This document shows, piece by piece, positions 1 to 7,128 of a stretch of 40,414 nucleotides of DNA. The number at the start of each line of letters is the position of its first letter. The stretch's first letter is position 1. The stretch spans positions 1 to 40,414 of IMG/VR virus record IMGVR_UViG_3300030330_003853. One strand, written 5' to 3'. A program made the position numbers and the translations under genes. Under the pieces are notes generated by a model. The model had not been told where the DNA came from and did not search any database. It saw only the letters and a list, made by a program, of their open reading frames with translations. This stretch comes from a virus. Taxonomy: Duplodnaviria; Caudoviricetes.

Positions 1-126
1 GCAAAATACAATAAAATGTCTAAAGTATTATCTAATGTAGATTTAACGAAAGTTATTGAAGCTGAAGATAACACAGATCTATCAGGTGAGTTAGCTTGCG
101 CTGGTGGAGCCTGTGAAGTAGTTTAA
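1..126 (+). CDS. nrdJ: C-terminal end of ribonucleotide reductase, probably class II (B12-dependent, RTPR-type); 5' truncated
   Basis: Frame 1 reads AKYNKMSKVLSNVDLTKVIEAEDNTDLSGELACAGGACEVV* (stop 124-126). The terminal ACAGGACE redox-cysteine tail is typical of monomeric class II RNRs. Not in the ORF track. Confidence 0.75.
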   Translation, partial: AKYNKMSKVLSNVDLTKVIEAEDNTDLSGELACAGGACEVV

Positions 127-145
127 TTTAATAAAATTTTATAAT

Positions 146-325
146 ATGAGTTTAGAACAATTATTAGGAACAATGAGAGAAGAAATGGAAAATGCTGAAA
201 TGGAGGCAATGAAATTTACCACTGGTAATAAATCAGCGGGAACTAGAGTTAGAAAGCATATGCAGAATATAAAGACTGTAGCTCAAAACGTTAGAACCGA
301 AGTTCAAACGATTAAGAACTCTTAA
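146..325 (+). CDS. Histone H1-like (Hc1 family) small DNA-binding protein, 59 aa
   Basis: Manual translation MSLEQLLGTMREEMENAEMEAMKFTTGNKSAGTRVRKHMQNIKTVAQNVRTEVQTIKNS*. The F-x-x-GNKSAGTRxRK motif matches Bacteroidota Hc1-like proteins. Confidence 0.8.
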   Translation: MSLEQLLGTMREEMENAEMEAMKFTTGNKSAGTRVRKHMQNIKTVAQNVRTEVQTIKNS

Positions 326-340
326 GTAAATACTTAAAAT

Positions 341-368
341 AATAAAGGGAGCTTCGGCTCCCTTTTTT
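341..368. terminator. Bidirectional intrinsic terminator between the convergent gene blocks
   Basis: aaagggagc-ttcg-gctcccttt stem with a C(UUCG)G tetraloop, a T-run on the right and an A-rich flank on the left, located between convergent stop codons. Confidence 0.9.
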
Positions 369-528
369 AATTGTAAGGATCATGATCATATCCCTTTTTC
401 TTCAACCTGTTGTGATCAGCTTTTGTTTCAGCTCTTTCAGTTTTATACATATTATGAGGTTTGAACTTTTTAAAAGGACTTTTAGCGCAAAACATTTTTG
501 CGAAATCACTACTATTTGTATATGCCAT
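367..528 (-). CDS. Small basic hypothetical protein, 53 aa (SPFK motif)
   Basis: Manual translation MAYTNSSDFAKMFCAKSPFKKFKPHNMYKTERAETKADHNRLKKKGYDHDPYN*. Fills the gap between the 531 stop and the terminator; attATG start context like neighbouring genes. Confidence 0.7.
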   Translation of the reverse strand: MAYTNSSDFAKMFCAKSPFKKFKPHNMYKTERAETKADHNRLKKKGYDHDPYN

Positions 529-530
529 AA

Positions 531-920
531 TTATTGAAATTTATTAAGTTTAATAGTATCTATTGAGTTTTGTATTGTCTTTTTATCTGCTTCTAGTTTA
601 AACATTATATTTGCTGCAAATCTTTCTTTTTCTACACCATTATCAAATATAATAACAGTTGGTACAGATATAACACTAAATTCAGTTTGAAGTTTTGAAT
701 TAGTACCTATATCAACTCTATATTTTTCACATTGCTTAAGCTTTTCTAATTCGGTGAATTCATTAGCTGAATTCCACCCAGCCCAAAACTCTACAGCAAT
801 AATATCTTTTGCTATTTTATCATCGAAGTTTTCTTCATTTATAAAACCCTGAGCGTTGCAATTACCTAAGGCAATTACCACTATTATTATAAACGTGTAT
901 AAGTGTGTAGTTATATTCAT
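531..920 (-). CDS. Exported thioredoxin-fold protein lacking CxxC
   Basis: Signal peptide ending CNA|Q; VEFWAGWNSAN in place of VDFWAxWCGPC; cis-Pro segment ISVPTVIIFDNG. Confidence 0.75.
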   Translation of the reverse strand: MNITTHLYTFIIIVVIALGNCNAQGFINEENFDDKIAKDIIAVEFWAGWNSANEFTELEKLKQCEKYRVDIGTNSKLQTEFSVISVPTVIIFDNGVEKERFAANIMFKLEADKKTIQNSIDTIKLNKFQ

Positions 921-1261
921 TTTCTTAATAATTTTATTTCTTCGTTAATTTCCTCGATTTCTTTAACCAACATATCAATTTGATTTCTAGCCATTTGATC
1001 TTTCATGTTAAACTCCATTCTTGTTGGAGGCCAAGTGTTAGTAGCCGCTGGATCACCCATATCTATAGTGTATATTCCAGTTCCTGGTTTTGGTAATTCT
1101 AAAGCTTCGTTTACTTTACTTTCAAGCTCTGTAAACTTAGAGTTTATAGTACTCATTAAACCAAAATAAGCTGAAACAACTGTAACTACTGCGACAATAA
1201 TACTTACTAATGTTTTTATACTTATTTGAAATTTACTTTCTTCTGATAATTCTTTTGCCAT
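917..1261 (-). CDS. Single-pass membrane protein with coiled-coil segments (i-spanin-like topology)
   Basis: N-terminal hydrophobic helix LVSIIVAVVTVVSAYFGL followed by heptad-rich segments; ATGA overlap with the downstream gene. Confidence 0.55.
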   Translation of the reverse strand: MAKELSEESKFQISIKTLVSIIVAVVTVVSAYFGLMSTINSKFTELESKVNEALELPKPGTGIYTIDMGDPAATNTWPPTRMEFNMKDQMARNQIDMLVKEIEEINEEIKLLRK

Positions 1262-1262
1262 T

Positions 1263-1919
1263 TTAATTATATCCGTTTAATAATTCTAATAATTCGTTTA
1301 TAGCGTCATGTCTATGATTATCTTCTAACACGCCTTTATAAACATATTTTGATTCAACTAATTTAGCCATATCATGATACGCTGAATGGTTTTTATCTTT
1401 TAAATCTATTTGATAAGAATCTCCACAGAATATCATTTTACTATCCTTACCTAATCTACCTATAGCCATAGTTAATTGTGGTCTAGTGAGGTTTTGAAAC
1501 TCATCCACTATAACAATTGAATTATCAAATGTACGTCCTCTAAAATGAGCTAACGAAACTAATTCAATTTTTTCCTCTTTCTCCATTTTTTGCAATATGG
1601 CAGGTTTGTTATAAACTTTCCTCATATTACTTCTAATAGGTACCAACCACGGCTCCATTTTCTCTTGTTCAGAACCAGGTAAAAACCCATTGTCTTCTGT
1701 TGACACTGTTGGTCTTGTTATTATTATCTTATTAACTTGCCTTTTAAAAAACATATCTAAAGCAACCTGAACAGATAATAATGTTTTACCAGATCCAGCT
1801 TTACCTACTATAAAACTAAACGGATGTTTTAGTATTTCAGTTTTAGCCTTTTTTTGTTCTGGTGATAAACTTAAAGAAAACCTAACAGCTCCTTTTGGAG
1901 GTGTTTTGTCTTTATTCAT
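1263..1919 (-). CDS. phoH: PhoH-like ATPase
   Basis: GKAGSGKT Walker A, ITRP, GFLPG, RGRTF, IVDEFQN, GDSYQID and HRH motifs. Confidence 0.95.
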   Translation of the reverse strand: MNKDKTPPKGAVRFSLSLSPEQKKAKTEILKHPFSFIVGKAGSGKTLLSVQVALDMFFKRQVNKIIITRPTVSTEDNGFLPGSEQEKMEPWLVPIRSNMRKVYNKPAILQKMEKEEKIELVSLAHFRGRTFDNSIVIVDEFQNLTRPQLTMAIGRLGKDSKMIFCGDSYQIDLKDKNHSAYHDMAKLVESKYVYKGVLEDNHRHDAINELLELLNGYN

Positions 1920-1921
1920 AT

Positions 1922-2134
1922 TTATTTTTTAGCGAACTTCTCTACTCCACTGATTCCAAAACAACCGAGCACAACCCACACGAATGAGTCATATACAAAT
2001 TCGTTTATTATTAAATCTTTACCAACCCACCCTGTTAAAAGATCAGCAACCATTATCATACACATGATTGTGAAAGCTATAAAACCAACTATAGCCTTTT
2101 CATTCCAATCGTTATTATCTTTAAATATATTCAT
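1922..2134 (-). CDS. Small two-TM membrane protein, holin candidate
   Basis: 70 aa with two hydrophobic helices and a basic C-terminus (EKFAKK). Confidence 0.5.
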   Translation of the reverse strand: MNIFKDNNDWNEKAIVGFIAFTIMCMIMVADLLTGWVGKDLIINEFVYDSFVWVVLGCFGISGVEKFAKK

Positions 2135-2141
2135 AATTTTT

Positions 2142-2783
2142 TTAATCTAAAGTGAAACCATTTAAATCTTTTATTTTTCTAGGATTATCATTACCTTTCA
2201 TTAACCAAAAGTTTAATATATATTTATCATTACTTATGGGAACATTACCTTTGTGTAAATGAGTAAAGTAAGCTGGAAATATAACTAACGTTCCTTTCTC
2301 TGGTTTTATTTTAACCTTTTGATGATAAAATTCAGTTTCACCACCTTCGCTAACATCGTTTAAATAATACATACAAACCGCTGTTCTGTAAATCTGTTCT
2401 TTAATCGTACTAATATCAGCGTGATAAATATGATAACCTTGAACGTTTTTCTCATATCTTTTAGCGTGTATAGCGTATGGATATATAGAATGATATTTCC
2501 ATATACTACCTCGTTCTGGAGATAAAAGATGATATTTACTTACGTATTTATCTATATTATCTTTTAAACTACTTTTTAACTCTTTAATTAAAAATGATTC
2601 TAATTCATTTTTAACATTCATTAAGTTTAAATCCCAGCTATCTTTCCAGTGTTTCATTTCTTTGCCGCTTCCGGTTTTACCAGTTTTAACGTGTTCTTTA
2701 AACTCGTTAAAACAATTAACAATATAATCACAGCTTTTATTAGACAAAGCGTTTTTATATGTTTCAATAAAATTGTCTTTCAT
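2142..2783 (-). CDS. 2OG-Fe(II) oxygenase (prolyl-hydroxylase-like)
   Basis: HAD (HxD) motif, YLNDVSEGGETEF, KPEKGTLVIFP, distal His (HLHKG), KY at the co-substrate-binding position. Confidence 0.9.
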   Translation of the reverse strand: MKDNFIETYKNALSNKSCDYIVNCFNEFKEHVKTGKTGSGKEMKHWKDSWDLNLMNVKNELESFLIKELKSSLKDNIDKYVSKYHLLSPERGSIWKYHSIYPYAIHAKRYEKNVQGYHIYHADISTIKEQIYRTAVCMYYLNDVSEGGETEFYHQKVKIKPEKGTLVIFPAYFTHLHKGNVPISNDKYILNFWLMKGNDNPRKIKDLNGFTLD

Positions 2784-2797
2784 TATATTTAATTTAA

Positions 2798-3205
2798 TTA
2801 ATCAGCAAAGGGAACATCTTCGTTTTGATCGTTTTTTTCTTCTTCTTGCTTTTTCTTTTTCTTTTTACCACCGTAATATTCTACGGCATAACCTTCTTCT
2901 ACTAATGTATCATTAATGTTTATAGATTCCTCAGCAATAGTGTATATTGTACCAAGTACTCTACCAAATTTTCCTACTTCTCTACTTTCTAATATAAAAT
3001 CACCATCACCAAGTAGTTCTATTAATCTAGCTTTAGAGGCTAAACCCCTAGCTTTTTCTTCTAAATCTCTAGTTCTAGATTCAGGTGTGTCAATACCTGT
3101 TAACCTAATTCTTTTATGTATAGTAATATCAAATCCTAAATCTATATTAGCATCAATTGTATCACCATCTATAACTCTATCTAATTTAGCTTTATAAGTA
3201 TACAT
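2798..3205 (-). CDS. Thermonuclease/SNase-like nuclease
   Basis: RVIDGDTI, RIRLTGIDTPE, GKFGRVLG, INDTLVEEGYA motifs; no signal peptide. Confidence 0.9.
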   Translation of the reverse strand: MYTYKAKLDRVIDGDTIDANIDLGFDITIHKRIRLTGIDTPESRTRDLEEKARGLASKARLIELLGDGDFILESREVGKFGRVLGTIYTIAEESININDTLVEEGYAVEYYGGKKKKKKQEEEKNDQNEDVPFAD

Positions 3206-3774
3206 TATTTTAATAAATATTTAACCTTACCGTTTTCAATAAAAATTCCTTCACGATTTTTTATAACTTCTCCTTTTAAGTTATATATCAAACCAGTTGA
3301 AATAGATTTATCTATTATTTCTTCCATACCAACTCCACAAGGTAAACCAGTGTCGCAATCAAGATATTCTGTTATATATTCAGTAATATATTCATACTCT
3401 ATTTCTACGATAGTTTCATAAACATATTCTACTTCTACAATAGTATCATATATCCACTCTATGAAAGGTATCTCTATAAAAACTGTATCACATTCCTGAG
3501 GTGGTGGAGCACAATCTGCTGGTGTTGTAGGTACCGCGTTTGCTTCGTCAGATCCGTCTACACAATCTTCCCATCCATCATTTAAATAATATAATCCGCC
3601 TTCACCGTTTGGTACACATCCCATTGGTGAATATTGAGTCCAGTTTGCTGGATCGTCTCCGCAATAAAAACCATTTTGTTCTGCACAGTCTAAACATAAC
3701 TGTTGAAAGTCGTATCCTTGCGCATTAGCGAACGAGCCAATAAACGCAAATAGTATTATAATATATTTCTTCAT
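3205..3774 (-). CDS. Secreted protein: signal peptide, LDL-receptor class A-like module, acidic repeats and T9SS CTD-like tail (189 aa)
   Basis: Start reassigned to ATG at 3774 (MKKYIIILFAFIGSFANA|Q), which removes the overlap with the upstream gene. Contains DGWEDCVDGSDE; C-terminus IYNLKGEVIKNREGIFIENGKVKYLLK. Confidence 0.7.
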   Translation of the reverse strand: MKKYIIILFAFIGSFANAQGYDFQQLCLDCAEQNGFYCGDDPANWTQYSPMGCVPNGEGGLYYLNDGWEDCVDGSDEANAVPTTPADCAPPPQECDTVFIEIPFIEWIYDTIVEVEYVYETIVEIEYEYITEYITEYLDCDTGLPCGVGMEEIIDKSISTGLIYNLKGEVIKNREGIFIENGKVKYLLK

Positions 3775-3778
3775 AATT

Positions 3779-4042
3779 TTATTCTTTAGATTCTTTAGAT
3801 TCTTTATATTTTTCATTCCAATATCCACCATATCCTTTTTTTAATAAGTTTTTTGCTCTTATATATTTAGGATTTTTTGTATCACCTATACCCTCGTATC
3901 TTTCCACGGTTTCCAATAAAGACGTGTGTGAGTGTTTATTTTTTGTACTTTGAGGTTTGTATTCTGGATGATCTCCTTTTGATTGCGGTACATATTCTTC
4001 ATCTTTTGTAAACGGGGTGAAACCCTTCATTTTAAATGCCAT
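3779..4042 (-). CDS. Small basic hypothetical protein (MAFKM family)
   Basis: 87 aa, starts MAFKMKGFTPFTK; internal EYVPQS/EYKPQS repeat. Confidence 0.7.
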   Translation of the reverse strand: MAFKMKGFTPFTKDEEYVPQSKGDHPEYKPQSTKNKHSHTSLLETVERYEGIGDTKNPKYIRAKNLLKKGYGGYWNEKYKESKESKE

Positions 4043-4044
4043 AG

Positions 4045-5097
4045 TTAAAATATTAAATAGTTAAAACCAAACTTCACCTCATATACTGGTTTGTCCCAGT
4101 ATTTCATATGAGTCCCTTCAATAAACATACCCAATGATTTAGTAATCCTTGAGCCAAATACAATACCAGCGTCCCACTCGATATTGTCGTATTTTTCTAC
4201 TCCATATTCAAATGAATATTCATCTAAACCATAATGAATTGGTAAACAATTAGCCCAGAAGTGTAGCCATAATTTAGGAGTATACTTATAATAAGCTATA
4301 CCAATAACAGCGCTTAATTCTCTTTGTAAACCTAGTTTCTCTAACTCTCTTTCATTAAATGATGCTACAGCATCTCCAAAGTAATGATTAAAAAATTCAT
4401 CGTTAGAAGTCGCGATAAGCACTGAATCACCACCACTGACATCGTACCAGTTTTGATTAGTATAAAAACCTTGTATCCACATTTCAGGTGCATAACCGAA
4501 ATCTGCTGCTAAATCTTGAAACGTTGATTCACCTGGTGTCCAAAAATCTTCAATAGGATTTATACCATAAACTGGATGTATTCTTGCTACAGCCCCAATA
4601 GTAAAATCCCAATTACCTTTTGTTATTCTATATCTAGTATCAAATGATCCATACTTTAAATTTACTCTTTGATTATCTTTGTATTGTGCTTTAGTTACAC
4701 AACTGTTACCTAGGTATCTTAACCAGATATTTTGCTCTGTGAATTTATCACCTCTATTTCTAATAAAAGAATAGTTAAGTAAATACTCCCAGCCAATAGC
4801 ATTACCTATTGTAACGTTATCACTTACTCCATCTTCAGTTCCGTAATACCACGTCTTAACCTTATACTCATAATCCATACGAGCGATCTTTCTCAATCCT
4901 ATCGTTAAATTATAATCATACGGATTAACTTGTGTAACATCTTCATATCCTTTGTTAACAGCGATATAATCTTCATCTTCAATAAATGATGTACCCATTG
5001 TCATCGACGTGTAGACAGTTGAATATTTAAAGAAGTCTTTTAATTGAGCGTTACATATTGTACTAATAAGTACAAATAATAAAATTAATTTTTTCAT
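4045..5097 (-). CDS. Putative outer-membrane beta-barrel protein
   Basis: Signal peptide MKKLILLFVLISTICNA|Q; many aromatic-rich amphipathic strands; C-terminal YEVKFGFNYLIF resembles a BAM beta-signal. Confidence 0.7.
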   Translation of the reverse strand: MKKLILLFVLISTICNAQLKDFFKYSTVYTSMTMGTSFIEDEDYIAVNKGYEDVTQVNPYDYNLTIGLRKIARMDYEYKVKTWYYGTEDGVSDNVTIGNAIGWEYLLNYSFIRNRGDKFTEQNIWLRYLGNSCVTKAQYKDNQRVNLKYGSFDTRYRITKGNWDFTIGAVARIHPVYGINPIEDFWTPGESTFQDLAADFGYAPEMWIQGFYTNQNWYDVSGGDSVLIATSNDEFFNHYFGDAVASFNERELEKLGLQRELSAVIGIAYYKYTPKLWLHFWANCLPIHYGLDEYSFEYGVEKYDNIEWDAGIVFGSRITKSLGMFIEGTHMKYWDKPVYEVKFGFNYLIF

Positions 5098-5201
5098 CGT
5101 CCTTGTCCTCTATATTTTTTAGTTGGTTTGTTATTTTTTGAATGTATACCTTTTCTTTTTTTACGTTTTCTTTTTTCGAAAACAAATACTTGTCTAGCCA
5201 T
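5094..5201 (-). CDS. Very basic 35-aa peptide ending YRGQGR
   Basis: Manual translation MARQVFVFEKRKRKKRKGIHSKNNKPTKKYRGQGR*. Its start overlaps the upstream TAA and its stop overlaps the downstream ATG (ATGA). Confidence 0.75.
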   Translation of the reverse strand: MARQVFVFEKRKRKKRKGIHSKNNKPTKKYRGQGR

Positions 5202-5698
5202 TATATTGTTTTATAAGTTATTGTTACTTTTTCTCCACATTCAATGGCTTCTGCTATCCGTGGGTATATTCTTTTATATGCTTGCGTCGATTTACCTATA
5301 AAACCGTCCTTCGTGATTTGGTTGTTTTCTTGGGAGTCACCAACGAGGAGACAACCAGCTGTATGCTCATCGGTATTACCACAATGTATAAGAATATACT
5401 CAAAACCAGGCACATCAGTAACGTGTAACATCCCCATATGAATGTCTGAAAAGCGCTTGCTATATTTTTGATGATACCCTCCGGTCTTTCTGAGAGCCAA
5501 CCTGTAAGTTCCATTTGGTATTCTTGTTTCTCCATATTTTTTTTCTTTTCTATATTCGTCTTCTAGTGTATAAGCTAGAAATTTCCTTTTACATCTATAT
5601 CCTTCGCTGTGAGGACTGTTAGCATATTTATCTATTTCAAATAATACACCATTTGTACTATCAGTACCACTACTTATTCTAATTACTTCTAATTCCAT
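5201..5698 (-). CDS. DUF5675-like protein (L,D-transpeptidase-like His/Cys motif; endolysin candidate)
   Basis: T-x-G-x-L near the N-terminus, YTLED, IPNGTY, ILIHCGNTDEHTAGCLLVG. Confidence 0.75.
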   Translation of the reverse strand: MELEVIRISSGTDSTNGVLFEIDKYANSPHSEGYRCKRKFLAYTLEDEYRKEKKYGETRIPNGTYRLALRKTGGYHQKYSKRFSDIHMGMLHVTDVPGFEYILIHCGNTDEHTAGCLLVGDSQENNQITKDGFIGKSTQAYKRIYPRIAEAIECGEKVTITYKTI

Positions 5699-6028
5699 TT
5701 ATTTAATTATTACGTCCAAAATAGGACTTGTTCCACTAACTTCCATTCTTAAATTATATTGACTTTTATCAAAAGATAGGTTGTCTTCTAAAACTAATGT
5801 TACTCCACTTGGTATAACCATGTTTCCAATAAAATTATATCCAACACTTGTTCCATCCCAAAGTTGTAAACTAACAGTAGCTGGATTACTAGTACTATTA
5901 TTTGATATTGTAATCTTTTCTATGTCACTAGTATAACCAGTACTACTACCAATTCTATTTGTATTTTTACTTTCTTTAGTAATTAAAGTGATTATTCCCG
6001 CAGATGTTATATTCTTATATAATCCCAT
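5699..6028 (-). CDS. Hypothetical beta-rich protein, possibly virion-associated
   Basis: 109-aa ORF tightly packed in the operon; S/T/N-rich. Confidence 0.6.
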   Translation of the reverse strand: MGLYKNITSAGIITLITKESKNTNRIGSSTGYTSDIEKITISNNSTSNPATVSLQLWDGTSVGYNFIGNMVIPSGVTLVLEDNLSFDKSQYNLRMEVSGTSPILDVIIK

Positions 6029-6029
6029 T

Positions 6030-6593
6030 TTATATTCCGTTTACTTTACTTATATTTGCCGTTGCTATTCCATTTATTTTACTTATATTTGCTGCTGTTA
6101 TTCCATTTACTGTATTTCCATACCCTGTTTCATATACTACTTTAATATAAAATTGAACCATTTGTCCTTTGTCTGTGCAATCAGCAGATGTAACACTAAG
6201 CCTCATTCCATCTAAATCACTGTCTGTCCACGCGGTGGATCCATCTGATGTTGTTCTTACGGTTCCAGTGACTGTTGAAGCAGATCTTCCCGCAGGAATA
6301 ATTAAGTTTTCAACATAATAACTAGATCCACTAGCGTTTCTTATTTCAGTGGAAGCGACCCAGCTTCCTGATCGAGCATCATAATCACCAACAATTATTA
6401 ATTGAACACTAGTAATACTAGAAGCTCCTAATCCAGCATAATCAAAATCATCAAGAGTAACTATTAAATCCGCATTATTAGCTGTTGTTTGCCAAGTGTT
6501 AGCGGTTTCTCCTTGATCTAACTCAGATACGGTAGAAGAGTCCCAATTAGTATTTGTTGTTGCACTTGCAGGGTTTAAATATGCTATTGCCAT
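6030..6593 (-). CDS. Putative tail/fibre-associated protein with C-terminal 11-aa repeats
   Basis: S/T/D-rich beta-type composition; ends NTVNGITAANISKINGIATANISKVNGI. Confidence 0.6.
   Translation of the reverse strand: MAIAYLNPASATTNTNWDSSTVSELDQGETANTWQTTANNADLIVTLDDFDYAGLGASSITSVQLIIVGDYDARSGSWVASTEIRNASGSSYYVENLIIPAGRSASTVTGTVRTTSDGSTAWTDSDLDGMRLSVTSADCTDKGQMVQFYIKVVYETGYGNTVNGITAANISKINGIATANISKVNGI
6033..6117. repeat. 33-bp imperfect tandem repeat (~2.5 copies) encoding NISKxNGI
   Basis: tattcc(a/g)ttta recurs at 6033, 6066 and 6099. Confidence 0.85.
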
Positions 6594-7127
6594 TTATAAT
6601 TTCTCTATTATTTGTCTATACTCAGTATTATTCACTTCGTAATCTATATAAGGTTTTTCCATAATCGTGTTTTTATAAAGACATCTCCACTGCATGCATC
6701 TAGCATACCATTGATCTTTAAACTTATCTATGAACTTACGATGTCTATCTCTAGTATTTCCAAACTCTAAAACATCGTCGTAAACTAAATCAAATTTTTC
6801 TTTTGGTTCATAATCCCAACTAAACATATTTAATATTTCCGCGTTGTGATTTTTATTCCATTCTAACGCTGATTCATAAATTCCTTTATTTGGCTCTATG
6901 ATAACATGTCTTTTTACTCCTTGCCTTTGAAATTCTGTTGCTGTCCAACCTTTACCAAAGCCTAATTCTAAAACAGATTCAAATTTATATTTTTTACAAA
7001 GTAATTCAATACTCTTTTTTATTCCATCTTGTTCATGATGATATAAAACACATTCGTTTTCTCCTTCGATATAATAACCGTGTTCTTTTTTAATTAATTC
7101 ACCATTCACCCATTCTTGTAACTCCAT
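6594..7127 (-). CDS. Class I SAM-dependent methyltransferase (GAMT/Rmt2-like)
   Basis: Motif I VLELGFGKG, HVIIEPN, and FDLVYDD. Confidence 0.8.
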   Translation of the reverse strand: MELQEWVNGELIKKEHGYYIEGENECVLYHHEQDGIKKSIELLCKKYKFESVLELGFGKGWTATEFQRQGVKRHVIIEPNKGIYESALEWNKNHNAEILNMFSWDYEPKEKFDLVYDDVLEFGNTRDRHRKFIDKFKDQWYARCMQWRCLYKNTIMEKPYIDYEVNNTEYRQIIEKL

Positions 7128-7128
7128 G

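Noticed and set aside
3775-3831. ORF-track start at 3831 for the 208-aa ORF
   Set aside because: It overlaps the upstream gene by 53 nt and buries the signal peptide; ATG at 3774 gives a clean signal peptide and attATG context.
5296-5535. Alternative-frame minus ORF inside the DUF5675-like gene as an embedded holin or spanin (likewise 37428..37661 inside the MCP gene)
   Set aside because: It has a hydrophobic stretch but no lipobox or typical start context, so it is unsupported without conservation data.
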